Shown: positions 50,151 to 64,000, counted from the first letter of the stretch. The stretch: 64,000 nt of DNA from Octopus bimaculoides (GCF_001194135.2 NC_068984.1:43114185-43178184); one strand, 5' to 3'. The notes: generated by a model from the sequence alone, not told the origin. Numbers and translations are program-made.

Positions 50151-52359
50151 ACACTTCAAACAATCAAGATGAACTTGATCTAATATACTGGAATATACTC
50201 TTGGATATTATAAAGACTGGTGGAGTTCAACTGTAAATCTTTGTACACCACTAAAAAGTTAATATAAAGCAGCAAAATGCTCAAAGAGATAAGATATTGA
50301 ACTGTTTGTTCATAAGATGCAAAGTTCAAACCTCCAGGCACTGTGTTTCTTGAAGTTAGGGATACACCCTACATTACATAGTAAGTTTGGGGAATAGGTA
50401 CCTGATCACATGAGAATGTTAACCATTTTAATAAAAGCAGCTTTACTCAATAAGAGGGTTATCTTCCACATGCCTATCTCTGAGTCAGAAAACTGGAGTT
50501 AAGTACTAACTCCTAAAAGTCCCCATGGAGCCCAAGAAGCATTTACATCATATTTGATATTTAGAGGAGGAAAAAGAGGAAAAAAAAAATTTTAGAAAAA
50601 GAAAACGTACATCTGCTGGTTCTAATTTCCAAAATATTACTTGCTGATAAACATTCACAGATTAAAGCAAAGGAAGACAGCTTATCAAAAGCTGTTTGTT
50701 TTTTTTTAATATTTTATTTTATTTTGTTATAGCAAGAGAAATGCTGTAGTTATTACTTAATGAGGTGACAAGGATAGGTCAAGACTGAAATTGCACATAT
50801 GGACTGGACACAATCAACAATGTGAGTGTCATCACTAACAGTTGGTTCTTTCAGATTTAAATAAAGAACAGCTGGAATAAATTCTAAAATAATGTCCTTT
50901 AAATGTAGTTGCTCTAGCAAACATATCAAAAGGTAGCTAGATGAGAAAGAGAATCTCTGGATGTTAGGACTTGCTTAATATAATTAGCACTTTTAACAGC
51001 TGGTTAGTTATCTATTGCATACCCACATCAACATACACACCTCAGTGATAAGAAAAAACACTTGCAAACAGCACCAAAAGAACAAAAAAAAAAAATAAAA
51101 ATGAAAATAAACTGATATCTTAGTTATCTAGTTCCTTCATGGACAGATTAACCCAAAATTCCTACACTAGTGACTGAAGATCCTGTTTTCATCCCACCCT
51201 CCCTATTATAAGTATCAGAATTCACATACTCCTAAAATGACAGTCAACTTACTACAGGCTATGTAAAGACATATATACAGACATAGAAATATTTCTCCAG
51301 CTTGACTGACCCAACAACATTCTTAATACAAAGGACTAATTCGGTTAAAATATGCAGCTCGCTGCCTTACAATAAATATTTCATCAGTTGATGGCAATTA
51401 GGTTGTAAAAACAATTCTACTGCATCAAGAGTCAGAGAAGAACTATCTTATGCATTCATTAACTCTATAAGTTGTATTTAGATTGCTGTGATGTTGCTTG
51501 CTCACTCACATTATCAATGAAAACTACTAGGTAACAACAATCAAAAGGTTAAAGTGGATAAGTGAAGATAGATAATCATTAATACAGCAGTTATGGGTTA
51601 CATTTGACGTTTTCAAGAAAAGCTCCATTTATAATGAATATTGGTAAAATCTAAGATGTTGTTTAGAGAAATGAATATATTATTGAGAGGACAGAGTGGA
51701 ATAAATACAGTACTGAGCTATATGCTTTAGTTCTGTACTTTCATATTCTGAATAAGCCCCAAAGGCATCAGCTTTGCCCTTCAACAATCTCAAATAAATG
51801 TAACGGATATCACTAATAGGAGTGTTACTCTACCTACAATAAGTGGTTTTAAATCATTGGCCCAATCTAGGGCTCCAGCATAATTTATATTTACAAAATT
51901 TCATTTTGGTCAACCTGAAGCTGTAGAAGAAACTTAGCAGAAAGGGAAAAGAGCAGAACTGAACCCAAAACAGCATAATTACGAAGTGAATTTCTTACTC
52001 CAAAAGTCATTGCTGCTCTCATGGATTATATAGAGCAACAGTTACTATTTCTGAACATAAAATTCCAAAACAGCTTACACTTTTCCAAAGTGCTGACATT
52101 CCATGAATACACTGAATCGAAAACCTTGATAAACATCCCTATATACAAGTGGGTATCCCATTATACAGCCTAGTATAAAAACTTGAATATTCCACTAAAC
52201 TAAAAATGCGATAACGAGATGCTTGAAGTAGATTTTATTTAGTTCAATACCAGTTTACAACCATGACATCATCTTTATAGTTGATCTCTAGACAACCATA
52301 AAGATGTCATAATGCAACAATGAGACAGGAAGGGGGGTTATATTAAAAATGTTAGCAGG

Positions 52360-52362
<3 letters not shown>

Positions 52363-52406
<44 letters not shown>
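52363..52406. repeat. (TA)n microsatellite (others at 8569-8590, 12857-12887, 56759-56793)
   Basis: Direct reading. Confidence 0.9.
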
Positions 52407-52411
<5 letters not shown>

Positions 52412-53080
52412 CCAACTTTACTTAGTTCCTTTGACCTATTCTCAACTCCAAAATAACTGTTCGCAGATTAGTTTACTTATATTTACTTAAGAGTTGTTAT
52501 CATTCAGTCCCTCTCCACATGTCTACTCAGTTACTTATCACACCTCCCAGCTTAGCACAACTTTTTCACTAAAAAAAAACTTTCTTTACTTTTTTGTAAG
52601 AGGTCCTTATTTAGTTATGTGTGAATATGTGTGAATGTGTGTGTGTGTGTGTGTGTGCAACCAGGTGTAAGATGGGTACAGGCATATTTGTATGCTCAAG
52701 TTTGCTTTGCAATGATGTGGTCCTGGGCTCTATCCCCAACAGAATCAAAAGTATCTTCTACAACCTCAAGTCAACTGAGAATGAAATTGGGTAAATGAAA
52801 ACTGGACCATACTTCTAATTCAGAAGGTCAGTGTTTGTTTGGTCTTGTTTTTTTGGCCCTCAGAAGAAGAGCAATGACCATTACCTTTAGTGTTACTGAT
52901 TCTAACTGGTTTATGCATAATCTACTCTGCATCCACTCCCAGATACCAATGACAGTATGATATAGGTTTAAACAATTAACTACCCCTACACTACACATGT
53001 ATATACAATCTTTAAAAAAACTCAAACTTATGAATAACTTTCAATTTAATCATGACTAAAATTTTATCGTGGTTAAAAGT

Positions 53081-53743
53081 TTAACCCTTTTGCATTTAAA
53101 CTGTCCATATCCAGCCTAAATATTCTACTTGTTTTATGTTCAAACCAACCAGATCTGGCCCCTTATACTTAATCATCATCATCATTTAACGTCTGCTTTC
53201 CATGGGTTGGACAGTTTGACTGAGGACTGGCAAGCCAGGAGGCTGCATCAGGCTCCAATCTGTCCTGGCAAGTTTTCTACAGCTGGATGTCCCTACTAAT
53301 GCCAACTACTCCGAGAGTGTAGTGGGTGCTTTTTAAGGGCCAGCAGTACAAGGGCCAGTCAGGTGGCACTGGTATCAACCACACTCAAATGGTACTTTTT
53401 ATGTGCTGCCAGCACTGGCGCGGCTGATGTCAGTGGATTGCACTTAGAATTACTTTAAGCCTTCTGTTCTTTTCTATCAATTTTTCCCTCTTCTTTAAAT
53501 TGTTTATACACACTATAAGCAGTTGCTTTCAGAAGTTTTGTCAACTTAATTTCATTGGCAGTGTGCACAGCACATTCTAAAACAATAATGCAGAATGATT
53601 GTTGTTCTATGTCTTTCTGTTGTCAAATCCAAAAATATACAATCATATCAAAATGATAAAACTATGCGATAATGCACAATAAATTCAAAACACTGAATAA
53701 ATAAGCATTACATTTGACAGAAATCTAAATGCTAAAGGGTTAA
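53081..53743 (+). mobile_element. TTAA MITE family A with nested RTE-like tail and extra sequence
   Basis: TTAA-CCCTTTTGCATTTAA ... TAAATGCTAAAGGG-TTAA. Confidence 0.8.
53172..53425 (-). mobile_element. RTE-like 3' tail nested in a TTAA MITE
   Basis: aatcatcatcatcatttaacgtctgctttccatgggttgg... inside 53081-53743. Confidence 0.85.
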
Positions 53744-54559
53744 ACCTACTTCATTCCAGTTCTGACCGTAACAATAAGATACAGCTGAGTTACCACCTTA
53801 TTTACATGAGGATTGTTGACACTGAGAATAGATGTTTTAGCTTTACATAAAGACAAATATATATGGAATACAAAATACCCAGTAGCTAAAACATAACAAA
53901 TCTGATGTTGTTGTTTTGGAACACAAGGACAATTGTGTACGACAGCTTATCACTTGACATCAATGTGATGGAAAAAATACAAGAAAAGGACATCTATGGA
54001 CTATTGACTGTGTCTGCAAATACAATACCCAAAACACATCCAGCAGCCATTATTATTGGAGTGACGAAGGATGTACCAACCTACGAGTTTCTGAACTTGG
54101 ATTCTTGTAAACAACTCTAAAAATTAAATGCTGAAGATCATCATTTAAAAAGAGGGGAGGGGAGGCGTTAAATACAAAGGGTCAATAGTTGAGCAACAAA
54201 CAAAATGAGAAAAATGAACATCTCTAGCTCAGTCCTTAATTTTTTTTTCACTACTTTGCCACTGAGCAGATGCCTAGTCAGAATAAACTAATTTCAATGA
54301 GGAAGAGAAAATATACATACAAACACACACACACACACACACACAAACTTAATGACAGAATCATGCCTACACCAGTACATGTACTTGTGTTATATGTATG
54401 TGCATAGACACAACATATGCATACACATACCTATATGTACATATGTATGCACACAAACATACACATGTACATATACATGTGTGCATTTGAACATACATGC
54501 TTAGGTAGACACACATTACACGTTCTGCTTTTTCTCTGCTGACAAGTTGATTCCACCAT

Positions 54560-55345
54560 ATGGAAAGTGCCTTGAACTTTCATCTCTAGAGGTCTGCTAT
54601 CATGAGATTTGATATCATTTTTATCTAATATCTGGAACTCTTCCATTCACTATATCATACATGCAAGTCACATGCATGCTCACACGTATTAGAGATGCAT
54701 TTTCCCTTACTTTAGCAGATCCGTTAAATACCCTAACACTTGTACTCAGCTTCTTAGGTAGACTAAGTTTACACATCCAGTAGGTCATGCTCTTAATCCT
54801 TTTTAGCTTCTGTAGATCTTTCACATTGAAACCAGCATTTTACATTTAGTCATTCATTCATTCATTTATACAAAAAGAAACCTTTTGTTGCTAATAGAGA
54901 CAACTCCCACCTCTTCCACCCTTTTATTACACCTGTTATTATACTTTTGCTATACATTTATCTCTTGCTTTAATTAGATCACCTTGGTAACAGAAACTAT
55001 GAACTGCACTGTCTAGTGCTCTAAACAATGCAGGTCATGTGCATTACTCATTAAATGTATATACTATGCCTATGCATCTAATATCTATTTGTCAGAAATT
55101 CCACCGCACATTATTTATACATGTTGCTTGCACTGATAAACACAGTACAAAAAATGTATAATCTGAAGGATTTTGTGTTCCCTCTTACTAACTGGTACAT
55201 CAATTCTTTGAATTCTACATTTTCAGATTTGGAACTTTTTATTCAACTCCTTGACAGATTGTGCCACCAGAGAACCAGATTATCAACATATCAATGTTAC
55301 CAGGACCAATTAATCCTGAATTGCTTTGCTACACCCTGATGAATT
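54560..55345 (-). mobile_element. Highly decayed RTE-clade LINE remnant
   Basis: IHQG, YVDNLVL, AQSVKELNKKFQI*K (55165-55345); DLQKLKRIKSMTYWMCKLS and LEMKVQGT (54560-54830). Confidence 0.6.
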
Positions 55346-56756
55346 ATCATCAATTATAAAAAAAAAATGTAAGAGAAAGAAACTGAGCTACAATCTTTAT
55401 GCTAAATTTCTCAAACTTGCTAAAAAAAATTTGTATGTACATGGCTTTTTTCATGGGCATCACGATCTGCTCAGATCTACAGATTAGATGAGTAGTATGG
55501 ACATAATGCAAAAAACCCCTCCTCCCTCTCTAACACACACACACCCTTGCAAGAGATGATCACAAAAAAAAAAAAAAAATCACAATTGCTAAAAATAATG
55601 TGTAGACCTAGCAAAAATGGAACAAGGTCCTAAGCTACATCAAAGGGGAAATAAAATTGGTGGACAGGAATAAACAAATTAAAACCCACAGGAATGTGAG
55701 CTGGTAGCTTTATCTTTTTCATTATTCATAAAATGAAATAAAAATAGTAACATAGTAACATACATGCAGGCAATCCTATTCTGACATCCCAGTCTAAATA
55801 TAGCATATATCCTGCTGCTTCATGATACAGAAAGACATCTCGACAAGGATATGTAAATTTCAAACTTCTAATGTGCTTCCAAGAAAGTGAATGAAAGAAT
55901 AAGTAGAATGGATTAGAATCAGAATGGCCAATGAATTAAAGACCGGTTTTAAGTAGTGGAGTCATTATAATTAATTCTTCAAGAGAGTATCCTAGCAGTC
56001 ACAATTCTGTGACACAAAGAAAAATATAAAAACTATCCAGACAAAAACATAATCCTAATTTTTGGATCAAAAAGATTAAAATAACTGGGTAGCACCTGAT
56101 GTAATTCTTAATTACTTTACAGACTATGGAAAAGATATGAAGGGAAGGGCACAGGAAAGTTGTGGGGTTACTCAATAAATCCTTGCTAACTTAATTGAAA
56201 TCATGTAAAAGATTGGAAAAAAAATAAATTACATTGTAAAAACACTATTTCATCACAGTATACCAACACATATAGTAAAAAATTGCTAAGAAATATAAAC
56301 ATATTGCTATGAGATATCTTATAGCAATTTGGTTTGGTGATATGGCTTCATCGAATTTATAGTGATGCTTGCCATATCAGCACATGGAAAAAAATTTGAA
56401 ACATGCACTTTNNNNNNNNNNNNNNNNNNNNNNNNNNNNNNNNNNNNNNNNNNNNNNNNNNNNNNNNNNNNNNNNNNNNNNNNNNNNNNNNNNNNNNNNN
56501 NNNNNNNNNNNNNNNNNNNNNNNNNNNNNNNNNNNNNNNNNNNNNNNNNNNNNNNNNNNNNNNNNNNNNNNNNNNNNNNNNNNNNNNNNNNNNNNNNNNN
56601 NNNNNNNNNNNNNNNNNNNNNNNNNNNNNNNNNNNNNACTCAGAGTAACGGTTTTTTTGTTATATTTCTGCTGCTTTTAAATAAAGCATATTACTCTACC
56701 TCTGGTATTTGAGTACTCTTTTTTCCACCTTGTTGCACATTTCATGTGCTTACTCC

Positions 56757-56797
<41 letters not shown>

Positions 56798-59581
56798 ATG
56801 TTACAGTAGGGTGTGGACTTTGCAGGTCACAGTGCACACTAGCTATCTAGGAGGGCAATAACTCAGAATAAGAACTGGTACAGACCATGGTGACCCATCC
56901 AACTTATGTCAGTATGGAAAGGGAGGTGAGACAGACATAAAAATGATATACACTAACTACAGATAGCTTTTCTGCATATGGCTTCTGCCAACATTATCAA
57001 ACTTGTCAGATAAATTAGAAATTAAAATTAGCATTTGAATCCTGTAATTCCTCATATGTTTTTTTTCTTTCCTCTATCTCTCTTTTCACATTCCTTTTAG
57101 TAAGATTTCTAGTTCCGGATGTAGCTTGCTATAAGTCATCTCTAGAGAAGATATACTGAAATAAGTTTTTATGTTATCTCCAGTTCCACATGAAGTGTAA
57201 AATATTACTTTTTAAGATATGTTGTGATTTCCATGATTTTTTTTTTTTTCAGTTCCTAATCAAAAAATATAAACAATCCTGTTTTCTACTCATTGTTGAA
57301 TGGAAGAACAAGAACACAAAACATAAGAGAGTTTCTACTCTTCACAGCAACTGAATTTGACATTCCATAAACCCAGCCTAACTGATAAGGTGCTAAGTTC
57401 AAAACACTAGAATACACTTCTCTTGATTTACATAACTGAGAGAACTTAGAGGAAAACTTGAAAATAGCTTCCTTGCATCAATGACTACCCAAAACCAGAA
57501 GGAAAACAGACTCCAACAAAAAATGTTTGTCACTGTATTATATGTACAACATGACACCATATTTGAAAAGCAGTCGTTTAGGTTACAAAGGCTTAAGTAT
57601 GTAAGTTTTCAGTATGGGAGATGAAGAGTTTCAAAGCTTTTCCAGTTATGACTATCTTTTTTCCAGTTAAAGCTGCATTATATAATGTGTCCTCCTCCCT
57701 TTTGACAGTAGTCTCTGGAGACATTTTGAGTTCCAGATAAAGTACCAGGGTCAATTAAGAGGAAATTACAAGGTGACTACTAAACTGGACACTGATGAAA
57801 TACTAAATTAACTAGAAATTAAAGTCTGATTACCTACTGAGTAAACATTTAAATCTATACATTTGAGAATAATACAACTTCCAATGGAAACAAGAGCAAA
57901 CAATACACTAATAAAATATAAAAAGCTAAATTACCAACAAGTTAAAAGGATGTATCTGTCTTTTCCATTTTTTATTACATTACTGACATTTCCCACTACC
58001 CAAAGAGAGTTAAAGGAAATCATTTTTAAAGGTGAACATTCTCTGGATGGGAAACAGAAATACTTCTATGCTCACTAACGTGCTACCTTTCTACAAAACA
58101 TGTGGTTATAATAGAAGACCAAGTTCACCAAATCATTAGCTTATTGAATCTATAAAAGGTTGATGTTGATTGATTGCATAGTACAAGTACAACATTTAAA
58201 TGGGTAATTCATCATCAGTTGAAATGTGATATTGCTTCCAAATATATGGACAATGTATATAAAAAAAAAAGAAAGAAAACAACCCAAGCAGACTTGTACC
58301 CAAGATATAGAAGTATTACATCAGGTTATCTATTCTATATACAAACTGCTGTGCTCTACTCTTAAAAGTGATTCTTCTTTTGTGAATTTGGCACAAGAAA
58401 AATACTCTTTTCAAACACACCTTATGAAAAAGTTTAAAAAAAAAAATTTCTATTATAAACAAAACCTTCCATTCTCCCCCATTCCCTCTGAGGTAGTAAT
58501 CCAGCAGGTAATGTTATACATTCAAAGAAAGTCTCCATAGATTTTTATCATCACCAAAGCAAGCATTACACATCCTCCTTGCTTGTAACTATACAGTGCC
58601 ACTAAGCCACTACCTAACCACAGCAGCCTGCACAAATAGAACCAGCAGCCATATGTTGCAAAAATATGAGTCACTCCACTAAATATTGCAGTTTACCAAG
58701 ACTGGCACAAGTAAGGAGATGCTAATGAAGATTTATATATAACACACTTGCACTCAACAGTAGAAAGACCACTTCAATCTAACAAATTAAAAAGCTTTAG
58801 TGTATGAAAATATTACCCTTAAATTTAATTTGGAAATTTAGACAGTCATTCTTAATTTATAAATCAGATGTTGAATTTTTTTCTTTAATAATGCTGTTAT
58901 TGAAGCTTTTTTCTCTTTCTCTCTCTCTCTGACACACACACACACACATTAGGTAGATGCCTATGAACTTTCTTTAACCTAACCTTGCAGGGGAATTTTC
59001 TTTTTTTTTATCATTCAGTCCAGAGCATGTCACATAAAAACAGTGCATCAATGCTGACACACATGTCAAGGGTTCACCATCACTATCAATAGGAATGGTA
59101 AGTCACTCTTGCAAAACAGAGGGAATTTATACTTTTAAATGAATAATTTTATACATTTAACTGTGTAGATGCACATGTGTATTTAAATATAACTATTAGC
59201 AAACATCTTTCAAGCGGTGCATCACAGCACAAGATAAAATGCTTTGCCATTTTCACTCCAGTTCTGTATGCTCCAAGTTCAAATTCCATTGCAGCCAGCT
59301 TTACCTTTCAGGCTTCAAGTAAAGAACTGGTCTATGGTAGTCAATTATTAGTGCACCAGATGAGATGCCTTGCAGTATAAGCTCGGAGTTCTTGGGTGGG
59401 AGGCATTCCAGCATTTGGTTTAACACAACTTGGTCTTGGGATGCCTTCTGTTGCAAGCATTTGAGCCACATCCCTCTTCCTTCCATGAAAGGCCCTAAGC
59501 GCTACCTTTCTCTCCTTGACTAGACAGAACAGTGAGGATTTCTTTTCTATTTTTTTTTTGTTTTTGTTTTTTCTCTCCACC

Positions 59582-59947
59582 TACTCGTTTCAGTCACTGG
59601 ACTGCCTTGAAGAATTTTTAGTCAAACAAATCAACCCCAGCAGTCATTTTTTTTGTAAAGCCTAGCACTTATTCTATTGGTCTCTTTGTCAAAATGCTAA
59701 GTTATGGGTACATAAACACACAAACGCCTGTTGTCAAGCAGTAGTGAGAGGGTGGGGGAATGGAAGGACACACGCGTGCACCCACACCCACACACACAAT
59801 GGACTTCTTTCAGTTTCCATCTTCAAGATCCACTCACAAGGCTTTGATCAGCCCAAGAATATAGAAGACACTTGCATAAGGCACCATACAGTAGGACTGA
59901 ACCCAGAACCATGTGATTGGGAAGCAAATTTCTTACCATGCAGCCAG
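59582..59947 (-). mobile_element. SINE family 1, full length
   Basis: Collinear with 8365-8742. Confidence 0.8.
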
Positions 59948-60236
59948 TGTTGGTAAAGATAAATTATATTAATTTTTCAGTCATAATTTAATTTGTAATT
60001 AATAAAAAGGGAAAAAAAATAAAAAACATTAAATTGAAATGTTTAACATTTCTAGCAAGTTTAATATGTGGATAGCAAGTAAAAGGAGACTGTAATCAGG
60101 AGAGTTATTGAAGTGTGAATAAACATCTTCCCCCACCCTTTTTATCAGTCAGTAAGCCAGACTATCATAGAACTGCAAAAATATCAAGTGAATTAGTGGA
60201 ATTAATAACTTTTTAACAACCATACCCATAACCAAA

Positions 60237-60278
<42 letters not shown>

Positions 60279-60689
60279 GATATTTGTAAATGTATGGGGA
60301 AAGAGGAGGGAGACAGTGCTGCTCTTCAGTACAGATATCTTTTATAAATACAGTCCTACTCCATATTAGCATACTTAAAACAGGAATGTCTGTTTTGTTG
60401 GCTTTATTTAATATGTTAGGTGAAAGTGTGAATGAAATACATTTCAAAGGATCTGTAAATAAAATCCTCAAATTACTAACTAGAAATTAATGATTAGTAC
60501 AGAAGCAGTCACTAACATAATCAACAAAACAAAAGAAAATCTAGGAATAAATTGAAGTAAAGTGTGTTCTTAAGACACACTTATAGTTGCTTAGCAGTGC
60601 TCCTATGCTAGTAGATTGAGCTATTTCAAGAAATATTATTTTCAGACAGGAGATCTTTGTTGTTAACAACAAATGACTTGACAGACTTG

Positions 60690-60895
60690 TCAGCAAACTG
60701 GACAAAATGCTTTGGGGTATTTAGTCACAGATCGTTCTGTTCAGAGTTCAAATCCTGCCATGGTCAACTCAGCTGTTCATTTTCCCCCATGTTAATAAAA
60801 TAGAGTAGCACTCAAATACTGGAATCAATTTAACCAACTGTCTCCATCTCCCAAATGTGGCCTTGTTCCAATGCTAAAAAAAATCAATATTACCA
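60690..60895 (+). mobile_element. Degenerate MetaSINE-like copy
   Basis: agagttcaaatcctgcc...ggccttgttcc. Confidence 0.55.
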
Positions 60896-61514
60896 ACAAT
60901 AGACAAAGATATAGGAAATGTGCATGACTGAAGTCAATTCAATACAGGAGCAGAGTTTTAAACATCAAAGGACACGAGATGAAAGTTTCTGGGGGTATTT
61001 GACTTGCTAGAAATAGCAGTAAAATTTTAAATAACACCCTACCATCTTAAATAAGAAATGGACACTGGCTAATTGCCATCCTAGATATATCCTTAAAGAC
61101 AGTATAGACACATGCAAAATGATTGATCAACAAAATCTACTTGACTAGATCAAGTAAAAGTTAATATCAGAGGATAACTAATTAGTGTTTTGTGTAGTGA
61201 CTGCTTCACAAATAGTGATAGCATGACCCTATGCCATCCACAAGGCATATTATAATCTGACACCCATTTGTGTATTGAAAAACTTCAGAACATGTCTTAT
61301 CAAAGAAATTATGTAACAAAGTCTGTAGCAGAATTTGAACTTACAATACATTATATAAAGTGAAAACATAAATAGTAAACAAGAACAATGAGCAACATTG
61401 CTTCAATACACATTTATTTGGTATAAAAATTAAGAACCTACATTCTGGGGCCTTTTTTTCAATGTTGCACATATTAGTATGCCTGAATGAATATATATGT
61501 ACAACTGAAGGTGT

Positions 61515-61557
61515 ATAATAAACCACAAGAACATATAATAAACCACAAGAACATATA
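61515..61557. repeat. Perfect 20-bp tandem duplication ATAATAAACCACAAGAACAT x2
   Basis: Direct reading. Confidence 0.9.
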
Positions 61558-61823
61558 ACACATTTTCTCATCTCATTCATACACTCATATCCATCTGTAT
61601 ATGATGTCATCAAAATATGACTAGCTCTTACAGCATGCATTTCGGTCAGCTTGTATCAAAGATTGCCGAAATCCACAAAGCAAGCGTTTAATATTCAGTT
61701 TAGAAGACAAGCATTAACAATGAACTTCATAACCTCTATTCTGAGGTTGCTTGTCCCATTATCACTCCAATTTGAATACACTGCACCAGTATTTTTCCCA
61801 TACTAATTTTCATTTCCCTATAA

Positions 61824-62311
61824 TCATCATCATTGTTTAACATCCGTTTTCCATGCTGGCATGGGTTGGACAGTTTGACTGGGGTCTGGCAAGCCAGGAG
61901 GCCACACCAGTCTCCAATCTGATCTGGCAAGTTTTCTACAGCTGGATGCCCTTCCTAACACCAGCCACTCTGTGAATGTAGTGGGTGCTTTTTACATGCC
62001 ACCGGCACAAGAGCCAGTTAGGGTGAGGGGGCTGGCATCAGTCACGTTCGGATGGTATTTTTTACGTGCCACTGGTATGGGAGTCAGTCAGGCGGCACTG
62101 GCGTCAGCCACATTTGGATGGTGCCTTTTATGTGTCACCAGCACAGGAGCCAGTCGGGGCAATGGGGCTGGCATTGACATTCGAATACTGCTTTTTATGT
62201 GTCACTGGCATGGGAGCCAGTCAGGCGGTGCTGGCATCAGCCACGTTCGGATGGTGCTTTTTACATGCCACTAGCACAGGAGCCAGTCAGGGCGAGGGGG
62301 CTGGCATCGAC
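61824..62311 (-). mobile_element. RTE-like 3' tail with a 5-unit 65-70 bp tandem array
   Basis: Body 61824-61983 matches the family; array units start at 61984, 62054, 62120, 62188, 62253. Confidence 0.88.
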
Positions 62312-64000
62312 TTTCTAACCAGTTTTGAACACGGCCAATAAAATTGACTTTTCTTGAAGGAAATAGATATAATCAAATGTTCAGTGCACTTGACATTTCA
62401 TATAGTAAAAAGGAAAAGAATTCTCACTTTTCCTCCTTTTCTTTGTAGCAATGACATCAGAAGAAAGGATAGGAAATGTGATAAATTTAGTTTGGTCAGA
62501 ATATTAGGATTGGCATGACTAGTAACCAAAGGTGCTCAGCATGGCATCATTCACAAAGACTTGGAATGTAATCATTCCAAATAGTGAAATCAACCATAAC
62601 ATATTGACAGTAATACTAGAGTGATTGTAATTCACATACCCCACCTCTTTTCACTTCCTATGAATTGTTATCTCAAATAACATTGTACTAAGAATTTTAC
62701 CTAATCTTTACTCTCCATGACAACAGCTCTTAGACACTCCCCCACTAGTATGTTTCCCATTCAACAATTGACCTTATATGGGATTAAACTAAACAATTCC
62801 ATCAACCATACCAAATACTTATTTCCACTATACCTTTCCATTCTAAAAGATTCTGTAAAAGTTAGTCATTACAGCTTTTCAGAATGTTTAAAGAAAAATA
62901 ATCACAAAACAATATCAATTAGTATCCTAGAGTAGACTGTTAAATTAATTGGGGAAGTGGACACTAGAAATAACACAAACCTAACCAACTAAATGTAAAA
63001 CTTGATTGAAGAGCAGAAATTTACTTCTGTGAAAAACAAAGAAAGAAAAAAATTAGCTATCATCTGAAAACAGTGCACATTGTCTTGATGATACTCGAAA
63101 TATAGTTTCAATTACAGCCAGAGAAAACAATTACAGAAGAATGAAAGAAGAAAGTAATATGCAAAGTGAAAGACAATATGCAATTTTGGTTTGTTACTAA
63201 ACAATGCCACATGCCATGCTAAAGACAGTCATCAACCACTAAGAATGTTCGTCATTTCCTGGGCTGGAACTTTCAAGACAAACTAGCAGTTCTCATGCTC
63301 TATTGCCAAGTTATTTCCAATTTCATTTTTGATCTGAATGCATTCAATATGCTAATACAGACTGGAGTATGGATAGTAATCTAAGTAGATAAGCACAGTA
63401 ATCTTTTGTTAATGTTTTAAATATAATTTTTCACACCTTCTCACAATACTGTACATATACTTAGTGGTTCTCTCATCACTACTACAGTAAATATATAATT
63501 AAGTTTATGCTTTCCTAATGAGGTTTAATAAAACGAAAATATGTTCAGAGTCGTCTTACTATTTGTGCCAAAATACTTACATATTATGGAACTAATGTTG
63601 ACATTTACTCATAGAATAATTATTTCTAACATTTCATGATCAGTACATTAAATATTAACATTAACTATCCTCTTTGTGTTTTAACCCAGTTTACTTCTTT
63701 ACAGTAATGTTTTCATAGAAAATAGAAATTATATATGAATTTTGATCATTACAGCAAGTTTATATAGTGAATATAATTAAGCACATTCTTAAAGCTAACA
63801 ACTGATTAAAAAATAACATGAATATGACCAATAAACATCAAAAAATATTTTTTTTAAATGTACATTAACTCTTGAGATGCTCAGTGTTTCTTCCAATTAA
63901 TTTTAAATATAACAAAAAATTTAGTAAAATAACTTATTTCTAACTGGAAATTCTTTAGAGAACTTATGATTCTGCATGCCAGAAAATCAGATGAAAATGA

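Noticed and set aside
53905-54120. 71-aa ORF or possible UTR exon
   Set aside because: No motif in any frame and no convincing splice-site pair.
61984-62311. CRISPR-like regular repeats
   Set aside because: Whole units are homologous with no unique spacers, there are no cas genes, the context is eukaryotic and the array lies inside a retroposon tail.

Overview
AT-rich, microsatellite-rich eukaryotic (animal) genomic DNA. The SINE/LINE/MITE repertoire suggests a coleoid cephalopod, probably Octopus (inference from recognition, not a database result). Two intron-rich genes converge tail-to-tail. On +, the last five coding exons (511-14211, 199 aa + stop) of a DHTKD1-type 2-oxoadipate dehydrogenase E1. 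On -, ten coding exons (38242-16722, 571 aa + stop) of a kindlin/fermitin (F1, F2, PH, F3). All splice sites are GT-AG and all phases are consistent. The kindlin F0/N-terminal exons (about 130 aa) were not found, so 38243-64000 appears to be one intron of at least 25 kb. The introns hold a 5'-truncated CR1 LINE, two decayed RTE-LINE coding remnants, a decayed Jockey/CR1-group LINE, about ten RTE-like 3' tails ending in (GAT)n, at least three tRNA-headed SINE families, two TTAA-flanked piggyBac-like MITE families, a hAT MITE and a Merlin-like element with a perfect 8-bp TSD. There are five assembly gaps. I found no rRNA, genuine tRNA, CRISPR array or new multi-gene system. The most notable signals are RNA-structural or TE-level: a sense-strand intronic hairpin with a hammerhead-ribozyme core (4927-5050), the Merlin-like element splitting a SINE (42243-42830), repeated nesting of retroposon ends in one MITE family, inverted repeat pairs bracketing kindlin exons, and an ABABA higher-order tandem array (61984-62311). 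Repeat boundaries were read by eye and are approximate unless TSD/TIR coordinates are given.
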